Positions 12,312-25,788 of a stretch of 64,000 nt of DNA are shown here, one piece after another (position 1 is the first letter of the stretch; each line of letters begins with the position of its first letter). The notes beneath the pieces were generated by a model. It was not told the origin of the DNA and ran no database searches. It saw only the letters and a program-made list of their open reading frames with translations. Source of the DNA: Epiperipatus broadwayi (Eukaryota > Animalia > Onychophora); assembly GCA_028023455.1 (NCBI GenBank), contig JAQFVV010000001.1, positions 23,126,001 through 23,190,000 of the forward strand. The letters run 5' to 3'. The translations under genes and the position numbers were made by a program.

Positions 12312-15300
12312 TTTTTTTTTTATTAATTAAGTTTCAATAATATTATACTTTATTGTACAAAAATAGATTACATGAAATTGTTGTTTACCAAAAATTACAT
12401 TGTTGAAAATACATGGTTTAAAACTATATGGCTTTGGAACAAACAGAAAAAATTGTTAAAAAAGGAATATGTAAAAACAACAACAACAACAACAAAATTA
12501 ATAATTGTTCTTGTTACAGAAAAGTCATAATTTGTTTTTTGAGATTATGGTTTGTCTCAGGTTTTTAATAGTGACCATGTAGCAGCAAATATATCTGGGT
12601 GTGCAATTTTGCCATCTCTGGCCTTCAGTTGTTCGAGCTTATTAGAGAATGTGGCTGAGTGCTTTGTGGTATTGTCTCCAAGGCAGAAAGTACATCTGGT
12701 ACACCAGAAACTATATAAACAAAAAGTTGCTGCACGAGCTGCTGGTATTGAGTTTTTACTGAGTGTCTCTATTGTTATCAAGTGTGGTGTTATTTTGTCT
12801 ATATGTGTTAATCATAATTTCTCGGGTATTAGTTAGAGCTGTGCAGGTGCAAAATAGGTGCTGTTGTGTTTATTCTTCCCTATGGCACAAGGAACAAAAA
12901 CATCAATTTTGTTGTAAAACCTGCGGTATTTAAGGAAATAGTAGGTACGTAGAGCATGAAGATTTACCTTTAAAAGAAAGTCAAAAAATTTGGGTTCCAA
13001 TGATCATTTTTTAAATTGCTGCATCAAACGACTATTGTTCATATTTAGCATAAATGAGTGAGGATCTGTAGTTATGTCTGGGTACAGCATATTATAAATA
13101 GTCCAATAGGTGTATCTACCGGCACCCAAAAAAGACACCTGATCATAAATGCTTTGAAGTTGGTTTACGAGCAAAGACAAATATCCGTGTGAAGGTGGTG
13201 TTCAGTCTGTGGGTGTTATTTGAAGGATGCATTCGAGCACTGGAAAACTTCTTATCAGTGCAGCTAGGAGATTAATACTTTTTTGTTTGTGAAAAATTTG
13301 TATGGAGTGAAGACCTAATCCATTTCTGGTTGTTAGAAGACTAAGTTGTTTTACAGATATGGAGACTACTTTTCTGCACCATAATAGCTTGCTGCAGAGT
13401 GAGTAAATGGATGAAGTGAAAGATTTAATGAAATTTATGATTGGTGAGTAATAGGTTAATTTTGTAGTTACAAACTGATTGAAAAGGCATACTTTTGCAT
13501 ATAGTGAGAGGTAGGTTTTGGAGAGAGAAGTGGTTGTACGTTCAGCATCATCTTTCAGTTTTTTCTGGATCTTTTGTCTCATTGCAGAGGGCCCTAGGTA
13601 GAAAGGAAACCCAAGGAAATTAGTTGGTTTCCCATGATAAACTTGTGTATTTATCTTGCCAGTGTAAAGAAACCAAGCTGATGTTTTGTTAATATTGATT
13701 TTGAGTTTATATTTGAGGGGGTATTCATTAAGTATTTTTTCCAGAGTAGATAGTTGTTTTTTGGATGTAAGAAAAAAAAGTAAAGTCATCCATGTATGCA
13801 ATACATGGTATATATAGTCCAGTGTGGGGAATTTGGATTCCTTGTAATTTTTGTTGTATTTTGTTTATGAGAGGGTTAATGTAGAACATAAATAATAATG
13901 AACTGAGTGGAGATCCTTAAGGTATGGATTGGTGGGGAGAGAAGGAAGTCATGTTCTACCATTAATTGTAATATGGATTTCACGACTAAGGAGTAGATTG
14001 GTTAGTAGGTATAAAAGATAGCGAGGTATTTTGGTGTCTGCAAGGGTCTCAATTAAAATTTCAATAGAGACTGAGTCAAAAGCAGCCTCAATGTCAATTT
14101 GAACAGCCATTGGAGCATACTTTTTCTGCTCTCTAACTGAATTTACAATGGTTGTGAAAATGAGGGCAGCTTGGCCTGTTTAGGAGCCTTTTTTTGCATG
14201 TTGCATTGGTGATAATAGAGAGAGGAGATATGGTTTGATTTTATCTTTTAGAACCTTTTCCAGAATTTTAATACCAAGGGGGCTCATGGAGATTGGTCGC
14301 AGATTAGATAGATTGGATATTGAAGCTTGCTTTTTGTTGAATGGAACTAATGAGATTGGATATAGATCTTTTAGGTTATACAGCCTTTGTGATAGATAAT
14401 TTGCTAAATCACATAGATATGTGGTGGTAAACTGACTGAGATGTGAAAATACAAATTTATGGATTTCATGTGGCCCTGTATGACAAGAGTTTGGAATTGT
14501 GGTTAGCTTCAGCAAGAAATCAGTAGCATGGAAAGGTTTATCTAACTCTGGTTGGCCAAATAGATCTTCAGGTGGTGTGAAAGCACAATGTGGCTGCAGC
14601 TTTTGCTTGAAATATTTGTATATTGGCTCTATCATATTATGTCTGGCTTTGATAACACCATTGTTTTCAAGTGCTTGTGGAACTCTGACAGTGGAAGGAT
14701 ACTCCAGAGCCCATCTAATGTACCCTCGTGTCCAGGTGTGTTGTTTTGTTAGACAGATTTTTTTCTTTTTTATGGCAAGGTACTCTTTTAGAGTGTTGCA
14801 GATGTCATTATGTATTTATGTAAGTCTTTTTATATGTGCATAGGAATTTGGAGAGCAGATTTACACATGGTGATTCATTTATGTAGCTCATCGGCCAAAG
14901 TTAAGAGTCTTGAGGGTGGTGGTGTGGTTTGGGTAATATGATTTATATTAAATGACAATGTTGATAAAGGAAATGTACCATTGAACAGGATCAAGTTGCA
15001 TAATGTTGTGTTTAAATATTATAATATATGTTTCAGAGTACAAAAATTCAGAAGTGTGTGCAGGAAGAATTATTCTTATTGTTTTATGAAGTTGAATTGT
15101 TGATGTTTGCATTGTACTTAGATTGAGTTCAAGCATTTGGCTAGAGTGATCAGAGAAGGGTGAGGGATTAAATGTTAACTTAATTAAGTGATGAAGCATG
15201 TGCGAATAAAAACACAAGTTAATAAGCGAGGTGTAATGACTGTTGTAGAAAGAGATAGAGTTGGGTGGTAAGAAACCTTCAGCACTCATTAGTGGTATTG

Positions 15301-15728
15301 CAAATTGGTGTAGCCACTTTGAAACAAAAGTGTGATAACTCATGTTAAAATCACCCATTAAGATAACTGGGTAAAAGGTTGATGATAAAAGTGAGTTGAT
15401 GGTAAGCAGTAATCTTTAGATGACAGCTGGTCCAGGAGGTATGTAAAACAAAAATTATGTTGAGTGCAACGGTATGGTGATGAACAGTGACTATAAGTAG
15501 GTTTGAGTCAATATATATAATTTTAAAGGATGAAAATTGGCAACTTCTTGTGATGACTAGTCCAGTGCCTCCTGAGTGATGGTGAATCTTGTGAACAGGT
15601 GGAAAAGCCTTGGGTCCTTAAAAAGGTTGTGGGGTCAATCTGAGAACCACTATATATTTTAGTTTCCAGCAGACCTAGGATGTGTGGCTGTGTAAAGTGA
15701 ATCCATTTACTTAGCTGGAAGCTTTTTT
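12312..15728 (-). mobile_element. L1/Tx1-like LINE, ORF2 pseudogene (APE-RT-CCHC), main part
   Basis: APE motifs ILGLLETK, SGGTG, YIPP, GDFN and SDH. RT motifs NLRPIS, DIEAAFDSV, IP*GSPLS and AYMDD, then GLGL. Zinc knuckle CSLCHREE*TQQHLFCTC at 12843-12896. AATAAA at 12354-12349 and A10 tail at 12321-12312. Multiple stops and frameshifts. Confidence 0.88.
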
Positions 15729-18700
15729 GGTAAAAGCCTGAAATCCGGGCACGGCCGCTTGGGGCATTGTTTACGTGTCAAAACACATAAAAATGCCATT
15801 TCGGCGGCCGCGGCCTTACAGGCTAATACAACATTTACGTATTGTATTAACCCATTGAGCTAGGCTGCTTTACATGACATCACACAAAAATATTACGGCC
15901 TGTTTTGTGCTTCGAAGCTATTTATGCGTATTCGTTCTTTTTATAGCTGATTACCTTATCGCTTGAGGGTGTTTAAATTTCAATGTGATACGACTTTTTC
16001 AAATCTCCGTAATAGAGTAATGTCATTTCGATTTAAAAAATGTTGTTAATTATTAAGAATTGTCATATGGTCCCCACCTTTCCCGAAAAAAGGTTAATAT
16101 GTAAAAAAATTGGCAAAGTGTATGTTCGAACAGGCTTCGCCAAAGCTCACGCGCTAAGTCACGTTTCAGCGTGGTGGGGAAAATATTCTAGACCACTAAA
16201 AGATCTGAGACGAACGTGCAATTTTGAAACTTTTCTTCAGATAAATTGCCGAGTACAGAAAGTGGGTGAGATTGTGGGTTTTTTTTTTTTTTGTCAGGCA
16301 CACGTAATGTCCACTTTTTATTACAGCAATAAAATCGAATAAATAATTTTAAAAAGTCCAAAGTTTGTGTCATTTTTTTTTTGTTTTTTATTTCATTCGA
16401 AATTGACAAGTATTTGGATTCAATTTTTTGCAGCGGGGTTAAAATAAATGACAACTTTGGTTGACTTTTTGTTAAGAATAACAAATTACGAAATACACCC
16501 CACCCCCAAAAGCAGTTTATTGTAGAAGGCTAAAAAAAAAAAAGGTAATTCGAACGAAATAGAAATCAAAGTAAAAAGTGAGAAAAAGTTGTTTCAAAAA
16601 AAAGAAAAAAAAGGTTAAATTCTTGACTTTTTGGTTACAATTCTTTTTCCGAGTGTGGGTGGGGGTGGGAGTTTGAAAACAATTTTTGAATCGGCAAAAA
16701 CACAAAAGTAAATTTGGATTTAATATTAAGAAAAACAATTACGTCAACCAAAAAGAAATCAAAATTCGAAACAAGTCCCAAAGTTGATTCATCTCTTTTT
16801 CCAGCGCTGTTAAAATAATTGACTATTTTTGTTGCCTTTTTGTTAATAATAAACAGTACGAATTCCCCCCCCCCCAAAAAAAAGTTGTTTCTTGTAGTAG
16901 CCAAAAAAAAGGGCTAATTCAAACATAATCTAAATCAAAGTGATAACAAGTTGTGTTTAAAAAAAAAGTAAAATTAATAATATTGTATTAACCCATTAGC
17001 TAGACCACTTTACATGACATTCATTACCGGTACGACTTTTTGAAATCTCCGTAATAGAGTAATGTCATTTCAAGTTAAAAAATGTTGTTAATTATTAAGA
17101 ATTGTCATATGGTCCCCACCCTTGCCTAAAATAATGGTAATGTGTGAAAAATTGACAAAGGGTATGTTCGAACACGGTTCGACAAAACTCACGCGCTAAG
17201 TCACTCACGTTCAAGTGTGTAAAATATACGACATCAAGAAAATGTCTGCTAAAAACGCGCATTTTTTTAAATATTCACAATTGCCGTGTATGGAAAGAGA
17301 GGCAGTTTCATTTTTCCAGACACATAATGTGCTACCAAATACTAGACGATGCAAGTGTGGAGGAAGTACAAAATTGTATTAGTTGAAAAAAACATTTCAA
17401 TTTAGATGTCTTTCGCGTTCTGTGTAAGCGAAGATATTCCATCCGTAATAATACTTGGTTGGACGGCTGCAAAATTCCCTTTGTAAAAGTTCTAAGACTC
17501 GTTTATTATTGGAGCCGCGATCAGATGACGCTTAACAACATACACACAGAGCTTAACATGTGCAGAAGCGCTGTGTCGGAGTGGACTACTGGTTTGCGAG
17601 AACTCTGCCATGAGAGCCTGTCTTTCAGACCCTGCAGTCAAATCGGCGGCCCCGGTCTGATAGTAGTAGATGAGACAATGTATAGTCAAAGAAAAAACCA
17701 CCAGGGTAGGATACTACCACAACAGTAGGTGTTCGGTGGTATTTGTCACGAGAGTGGCGAATGTTTTGTGCACTGTGTTCCATCTCACTCTGCGGCTACA
17801 CTATTCCAATCCATCAAAGACAATATCAAGATAGGATCGACAATCTTTTCCGATTGCTGGAGGGGTTACAAAACTACAGAACTGAAGGCCACTGGGTTCC
17901 AACACCTAACAGTCAACCACCGATACCACTTTGTGGATCCTACCACGGGCGTTCACACACAAAATATTGAGCGTCTTTGGGGTCTTTTGAAAAAAGAAAA
18001 CAAAAAGAAAAGAGGAACTGACAGAAAGTTGTTGGATAACTACTTGTCAGAGTTCATATGGAGAAGAATGCACAAGGATGAAGATCTATTTCTATCCATC
18101 CTATCTGAGATGGCTGTTGCAAATAAACAGTAGACAGTGTTGTTGTTTTTTTTTTAATTAAATAGATTACATAAATAAATAAAAATTATTTTCAAAAAAA
18201 TACAAAGTTTGTGTATTTTTTTTTTTGTAAAGTGATTATAAATTGACACATTTTGATTCTCTTTTTTTTTGTTAATAAAAACAACAAAGTAAAAAAGTTT
18301 ATTTTAGAAAGGATGGGAAAAAATATATTTTATGCGAGGGTAAGGGTGTAATTTTGATTGAATATTAATAAAAACAATTACGACAACTAAAAAGTAAATA
18401 ATTGGAAACAAGTTCAAAAGTTGATTATCTTTTTTTAGCGCTGTTAAAATAATTTACTATTTGTGTTTAGTTTTTATTAATATAATAACGGTACAAAATC
18501 ACCCACACTCACAAAAAACAGCTGTTTATTGTAGTAGCCAAAAGAAAAAAGAAAGGCTAATTCAAACATAATTAAAAAACAAGATGTTTTAAAAAAAAGT
18601 AAAAAGGGAAAAATAATAGTCAAGCAAAAAAAAAAATTAGAATTAAGTCTAAACAATTCGCAAGTAATTGTATTCTATTTTTTTTCGGCGGTGGGATTAA

Positions 18701-19001
18701 AAGAAATATTTTGACGTCGTGAAACGGTTCAAAGTTTTAAAATAATAAAAACAAAAAAAATTACATTACAAAAATTTGTTGAAAAATTTGGACAAAAAAA
18801 AAAAAAACGAAAATGAATATAAAAATTTATTTAATAATAAATAAATCATGTTATAAATAAAATTAAAATTGTTTTAATCAATAAATAAAAAATGTTGTAT
18901 TAAAATTAAAAAAAAAATTGCGGCCCGGTAACATTATATTTCATTGATTTTGTCTAGCATCAACGCTCCAAGCGGCTTTGCCCTGATTTCAGGCTTTTAC
19001 T
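15729..19001 (+). mobile_element. Merlin (IS1595/ISXO2-like) DNA transposon, family M1, 3273 bp
   Basis: Imperfect ~42-bp TIRs (GGTAAAAGCCTGAAATCCGGGCAC... / ...GCCCTGATTTCAGGCTTTTACT). 8-bp TSD GCTTTTTT (15721-15728) / GTTTTTTT (19002-19009). Contains an internal DDE transposase. Confidence 0.92.
17290..18133 (+). pseudogene. Merlin DDE transposase pseudogene
   Basis: N-terminal Cys region (VLPNTRRCKCGG, CKRRYSIRNNTW), then VDETMY, IFSDCWRGY, TVNH.YHFVDP.TGVHTQNIERLWG. A TAG at 17726-17728 replaces the conserved W, and the N-terminus is frameshifted. Confidence 0.9.
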
Positions 19002-19071
19002 GTTTTTTTTAATTGAGTTTAGATCTCTAACATTGAAAGCACCTGACTTTATTTTCATGTTGAAAGTAAAT
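19002..19071 (-). mobile_element. 5' end of the same LINE ORF2, displaced by the Merlin insertion
   Basis: ATG at 19058 gives MKIKSGAFNVRDLNSIKK, an APE N-terminus of the NVRGLN type; it is in frame with 15728 once Merlin and one TSD are removed. Possible LINE TSD taattatta at 12302-12310 and 19072-19080 (AT-rich, may be chance). Confidence 0.8.
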
Positions 19072-19739
19072 TAATTATTATTTGGTGCTATTGTTGGATA
19101 ATTTCCATATTTTTTCTTTTAATAAAGTAAAATGTAATTTCAGTTTGACAGGAATGTCCTCTATTATAATATATTTAAATTTAATATTTTTAACAGGTTA
19201 ATGCAGATGTAAATTATTTAATAAATGGGCTCCATTATATAAATGAAGTGAAAACACAGCCAAGATGTAATAAAGTGAAGCAACCAATCATATTGATTTT
19301 GCAAGCCGAAAGAAAACATTAGCAAACTTGTCCGAGTTATTAATAAAATACATTACACACATAAATAGTCCATAAGAAAATCTAATTAATAGAAAACTAA
19401 ACTATTTTGAAGAAACTCACAATTTGGTTGTTTATCATTTTGAAATAAAAAACTACAAGCAGGTTAATCTATTCTTTCTTTCAGTAATAATTAAAATAGA
19501 ATAATAAAGGCCTCCAATGTAAAATGGAATCTTCACTCTAGAGGAAGGAGATGGAGGCTACAGGAGACACAAAATAGAAAGATTATCTGTCTGCTAGTTA
19601 CTGAAAGAAGTGCCCTCCACTATTCATGAAGCCAAGGTGAATCTTAGGATATATCGTCAGTCACTTTAACTAAATTATAAATATATACATTATGTATGTA
19701 TTTATAATTATGCATGTCTGAACATCACAATTTGCTACA

Positions 19740-22700
19740 GTTGAGAACAAGAGCATCTGTATTTTACAGATCTAAACACAGCAACAAGTTTGATACAGTT
19801 GGACAATATTTTTACCTTTTCAATGATTGAACTAGAAAAGATTTTATAAATATATTCCATAGAAATTACTAATCATAGGTTGCTAAAAATCAATTTGATA
19901 GAAACAGCCTCAATAGCCATTGTATATCAACCAGATAGAGTAGTATTTTTTTCATGAATAATATTTCATTTGATACTATTAAAATAGCCACTTCACTATC
20001 TGATGCAGATCAAAAAGATTATTTACATCATAAATTGTCCTTACAAACCTGAAGTACTGGAAGAGAAAACCTATCAAGACATAATCGATAAATACCTTTT
20101 TCAACTCAAGATTGTCTAAACATGTAGTTCATTTTCATAATAGATAACAAATAAGAAGGGAAAAGCTATTTATTAGGCTCAACACTAGAAGATTTAGCAA
20201 AAAACTGCAATTACAGCATTTTCCTGGAAGTCTTTAACATGCAGGTATGCCATTAAGTGAAGAATAGCGCATGAATTATTAGTATTAGAATAATTCTACA
20301 GAGTCCCAAGGGCTTAGCATCACTGAATCTTGTTGAACAATATAAAATCTTAACAGCAAAATGACTTTAAAAAAGAACAAAGAATTTAAATGAAATTCTT
20401 GTGCCTTTCAGGGCCATGTGGCTTTTGAATGTAAATGGAAGTCACATGGAATAAGAAGTTATTTGCTATAGTCCATCATAATGCTAGAAATGTGAGAAGA
20501 ATTCAACCCCCTTTCATGAGAACATTAAAAATACAATAACAAAAAACCTCTAGCAGATTATGTTTACAGTAAAATATGCAATAATTAATACCAAAGGAAG
20601 TTAATAGTTTGGGTGGGTTTCTTTAATGACAATCAGGATTAGAAATTATTGGCCACAAGTAGATTGACAAATTTTTCTTAAGATGCAGGATGCAAATGAT
20701 AATCTAGTCAAACTGAAAGGTATAGTAAAACTTCTAGTTGAATTAAATAATAGGTCAAGAACTCTACCATTACTTACAATACTGGATATGATTATAGTTC
20801 TAAAAGGTAGGGAATAGATTGAACTTCTAAACATTGAAATCTGTTATATAGAAAATGAGATGAAGGTCAAATAATTTATCATCAGTGTAAATTTATTTAT
20901 ACAAAAATATCAAACCATCAATTTGCACCTATAAAATATGCTTCATTCCACAAGCTAAAGTAGGTGAAGGACTTTAGAAATTAGTAATAAAAGGGATACT
21001 TGCATTGATAGTTCAAACTAAATGACACTCATTGTAATGATTACAAGATACCATGGTGGTTAAAGTTGGATCTGTGGCAGCTGTTGCATGATAATAAACA
21101 AGAGCTGAGTAAAAACTCCTATCAAATTTTAAATGTGCAGAGATTTTAGCCAGAAACAAAATAATGACTTATTTTGCAAAACTAGATTTGAATGCCATCT
21201 TCCATCAAATTTTCATCATAAAAGTCAACTGAAATTCTCATTATTACAACTCGCAAAGATCTTTTGAATTATAACAGATTACTATTTGAAATCACTACAG
21301 TTCTAATAATGGTCAACACAGCATTATTGTTGCAAAAGTTTATTCCATAAGTTTAAAACTTTTCTACTTTCAGAGTCAGGATAAACATTTTCAAGTGTGA
21401 TTGGGACGTAGCATATCAACTGGAATTCTTGGACTATATCTCAAATCTGGTATGAATCTCATTCTTCATAATATAGTGCAATCAGGAAAATTCCCATGGC
21501 TTTATAATGTTAAAAATCTATAGCATTTTTATTTTGATAACTTTCTAAAGAGAAAAATGCATGCAATCATCTCCATTGTGATTTTTTTTTTTTTAAAATA
21601 AATTTTAAAAAGGTTTAGAAAAGTAGATGAAGATAAAATACTTAACAAACTCCTTTTTAATGGCTAGAAGTCTGTTAGTACATATAATAGCAACCTAAAT
21701 GTATTTTGTATGATTGGTGCTTCAGAATATGGTATAAGAGCAATCCTATAGGAGTGCCAAATCACATTTGCATGCAGAATGTTTACTAGCACCACCAAAA
21801 AGTATAGTCAATTTGGAAAAGAAGTGCTAGCAATTCTTATTTGGTATTAAAAGATTTTATTGGTATTTACATTACTGGTGTACAACTACATTGTTGGTTA
21901 CATCAAATCTTATCAAGTAGAAAATTAGCCTTTGGTATTAACTTTCATAAAAGAAACCTAATTTAACATACAGATATACCTTCTAGCTGAAACATATAAA
22001 TACATTAATAAAATCAAGAATTGTCAATAATAAAATAGTAAACAAAGTGAATCAGAACTACCAGATCTTAATAAAATAAATCAGGTAAAATTGATCTAAT
22101 TAATACCTCAAATTCCTTTATAAGTCTCTTTAAAGCTGGGTTTTAATTCTGTATCAAGATTAAAATATTAAGACTATGAAGGAGTTTAAAATGTACCCAT
22201 CTACTATAATTTAATTACTAAGAAGTATGCATGTTAGGAATCAAGGCAGTCTAATAGAAGTGCATGCATATAGATTAAGCAAGTACATTTATGGGATTTG
22301 ATATTAGGCAGAATATATAATAATAAAAATTATAAAGGAAACAATCTTAGAGAAATTTTTGTAAACTATACTTTTCACAAAACTTTTATTCACTAATGAA
22401 ATTAACTTTGCTTTCATTAACTTTTAAGATTAACATATTTGTACTCTACTATATCACTCTAAGTCAATTGGACTGTCCAGCATTAAAGTCAGGTTACATA
22501 ATATTTATTATACTGGTATATGATTTTTCAACAGCTTCTGACAAATCAATTTATTTATATTCTGTCGATCTATTCCTAAATCAAATGGATTAACTGAAAA
22601 GATTGTTCAGTATTTGAAATAATTAAGAGACAAGCCTAGTAATATGCTGTGCTCTATATACACCAGTATATGAATTCTTCAATAGCTGTTAGCAAATCCC

Positions 22701-22760
22701 CAGCAGAAATTCTGTTAGGAGAAAAGTTATATAAATTGTCTCTGATTTTACCTGGAAAAA
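19740..22760 (+). mobile_element. Heavily degraded Ty3/gypsy (Mag/K02A2.6-like) pol remnant
   Basis: In RT-RH-IN order: FAKLDLNAIFHQI (~21170), YNRLLFE, ASEYGIRAIL (~21720), YSQFGKEVLAI (~21800), PKSNGLTEK (~22580) and KSPAEILLGE (~22700). No LTRs recognised. Confidence 0.7.
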
Positions 22761-24003
22761 AAAAAAAACTTGAAAGATTTACTGAAAAAAGCAAAATGAT
22801 TATATAGTGGGTGAGAAAAATCTAGATAAGAGAAAGCCTTAGAAAGATCTGAATAAAGGGAACTATTGAGAAACTTGTATCAAAAATTATTGTAATTCAA
22901 ATGAAATTTAGTAATTCTGTATAGAAGACATATAAATCACACCCACTGACAACTCACAAACATCATACAACCAGAAAATCTTCAACCCAATAACTTAGAA
23001 AATGATGGGAGAGAAAGAAATAGTAGTATTTCAGAAGTTAAAGCACCAGAAGTAATAGTCAAAGAAATGAAGCTAAAACCTACAATAAAAATAAAAAAAA
23101 ACCAAGGAATGTTATTATCTACAAGAAAGCTAGAAAATAGAAAGCTGCTAGTGCATCTTAAAAATTACATAATAATAATGGCAAATCAAAGTTTTTGGTA
23201 TAGAGAGAAATTGAGTTATGCGTGCATATTGCACATAAAGTGTTTAGATGAAAAAAACTATGAAGGAATTCACAATCTGGTAGTTTACTATTTCAAAACA
23301 AAAAACTATATAGAAACTTAATATAATCCCTCTCTTAATAATATATAAGATAAGCAAATAAAATATAAGCATAAATTAATTTCAGAGAACAACAGAAATC
23401 TCTTAATATAAAATAAGATCTGTACTCTCAAGGGATCTACAGGAGATACTAAGAAGAGAGAAGGTTGTTTATTATTTAGTGCCTTAAGAAGAGCCAACCC
23501 ATGGATCTGGGGATGATGATAGGCCACTCTGGTTTTACTATTTTTTTATTAAATCTGCAGATACATTAACTAAATTACAAATAATTGATTTATATTATGC
23601 ATTTGCAAATGCAGCATACTTTTTTATTATCATCTCTATGCCAATCACTCTAAGCTTTAATAATTAATTGATGCCAGATGATCGTGCTTAATAAATCTTA
23701 ACTGTGTGCCATTCTAGTGTGCCTTCCCTCTAGCAATTATCATTTACTTCTCTGATATATTATCAAGTTATCAGTCTAAAAATGTTTTCAATCATGGCAA
23801 ATTGCTTACATAATCCTATAGATCTGAAGTCAGTAGAATTTCTGTGTAATATGGCATCCTTAGTTTTTTAACGACTATGAGCACAACTATATGTTTTTTG
23901 GTTTAGGCTGATAGCTTGATATATTAGAAAAGTAAATGATAACTGCTAGAATGAAGGTGCATTACATCTTAAGGTCAAGTTGCACTGATCCAAAAAAACT
24001 TTT

Positions 24004-25782
24004 GGTATTTGTTAAATAGCCACTGTACATCGCTTGATGGCACAGTTTCAGTGCAAAAACATAGCGATATAACATTCCTGGGCCTGTCGATTCTTAAACA
24101 ATTTATGTTTTTTTTTTTTTTTTAAATGTATGTTATTCTTTTTTTGTGTGTGAGTGTTTTTAAAAAAGCAGCCTTTTTTTTCTTTTTATAAAAAAAAAAA
24201 AGAGCAGTGATTTGGAATTATTACACCTTTATTTATTTATTTTTTAAAAAAGTACCTTATTCTTATTTTTTTAATTTTTAAAAAAAAAACTGTTTTTTTT
24301 TTTTTTGGTAATTATTATTTTTAATTATCTTACATGGTGGCTTTTTTTTTTGTAATTAGATTACATGTTTTTTAAAAAAAGGCTACTTTTTTTTTTGGTT
24401 TTTATTTTTTACAAAAAGGGAAGGGGTTTTCTTTTAATAATACACCTTTTTTGATAATAACAGTAAGTTAGCTTACAATGTACCGGTAATGTGTTTCAAA
24501 AATCGTAATTTATTTTATAGTAATTAAGCAGAGACAGCTTTCTTTCTTTCTTTTTTTAATAATACTACAACAAATATACTCTAAAAAGCTGACGTTTTTT
24601 TGTCCAGTAATTAATCTGACTCGGCTTTTTTTATTTTCCTGTTTTCACCTTTTCTTTTTGTTTATCTTCTTATTACAGTAGTTACCTCCCAAAAAAGGCC
24701 ACTTGCTTTTTATTTACAATAAAGAATCAAAGACTGGGATTTTTTTTTTAGGCCGGCCTACTTTACTCCACCCCCTACCTTTCAACACTGAGAGTCTGGT
24801 TGTAATATTAAATTAAAGCTTTAAAGAAAAACAAAATGAACAACACCGAAACACAAAAAAAGAAAACTTTGGAATTGATTGTCTTACAAATTCATCATAA
24901 CAACACAAAACAGATTCATTGAAAAAATAAATTTATTGATGATATATGACTATAATTAATAAGAAAATTTTTTTTGGCTGGAAAGTGTAACATTTTTGAA
25001 CAACATTTGACTACCTACAAATTGAAAGAACAAACAAGCCGGAAATGACTTTGGAGACTAGTGAGCACACAAACTGCCAAGTTCATGTACTAAGTATCAT
25101 AGCTTTACCACATCAACATTGATTGATATGTGGCAGGATGTTCTGAGCCTGCAGAAAGACAACTGCATCAGCTTCTGTGTTTGGGACGTCCCACAGTCAA
25201 ATCATTACGCTATTGCCTTCAGCCATTTTGTTTTTCTTGTACGAGTCACTGCCAAAGTGTGACTTTTTCACGAACACCTGCAATCATGCAGTGGCAGAAC
25301 TGTTTCCAAATTTAAAACACTTCCACACTGTGTAGGGAAGCATTGCTGATACACTGACAATTAGTAGTAGATAATACTACGTCAGTTGGGGTCTAGAGAA
25401 AACCATTTGGAACAACAGTTCTAAGACATTCCAGTACACACAGCCTCAGATTAAATGGTAGCGAAGTGCCATTACTGATCGTATGCATAGATAAGCCATG
25501 CAATAATTGGGTGTAACGTTTCTGTGCGTATGCATAGAAAGTGACGCCATCATGCGGCCCAATTAAATGGCTATTATGATTGTAGTGTTGTATTAGCTGT
25601 TGGTTCGGTACATGGCAGAATTAAACGGCTCTTACTGATCGGTAGTGTCATAGTTTCAACAGCGTTGAAACCACATCATGTGGCTGCTAAATGGCTACTA
25701 TGATCATAGTGGTGTATTAGCCATACGTTCAGCCGCGAAACAGCACCATTAAGCGATGTACAGTAGCTATTTAACAAGAACC
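24004..25782 (-). mobile_element. Non-autonomous Merlin element, family M2, 1779 bp
   Basis: ~45-bp TIRs GGTATTTGTTAAATAGCCACTGTACATCGC / GCGATGTACAGTAGCTATTTAACAAGAACC. Perfect 8-bp TSD AAACTTTT (23996-24003, 25783-25790). Minus-strand remnant TEADAVVFLQAQNILPHINQC*CGK (~25090-25180) is homologous to the M1 transposase N-terminus. Confidence 0.88.
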
Positions 25783-25788
25783 AAACTT

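Noticed and set aside
17459-18133. Bacterial IS1595/ISXO2 insertion or contamination
   Set aside because: It lies within a 3.3-kb TIR element with an 8-bp TSD, nested in a eukaryotic LINE inside a spliceosomal intron; this fits eukaryotic Merlin.
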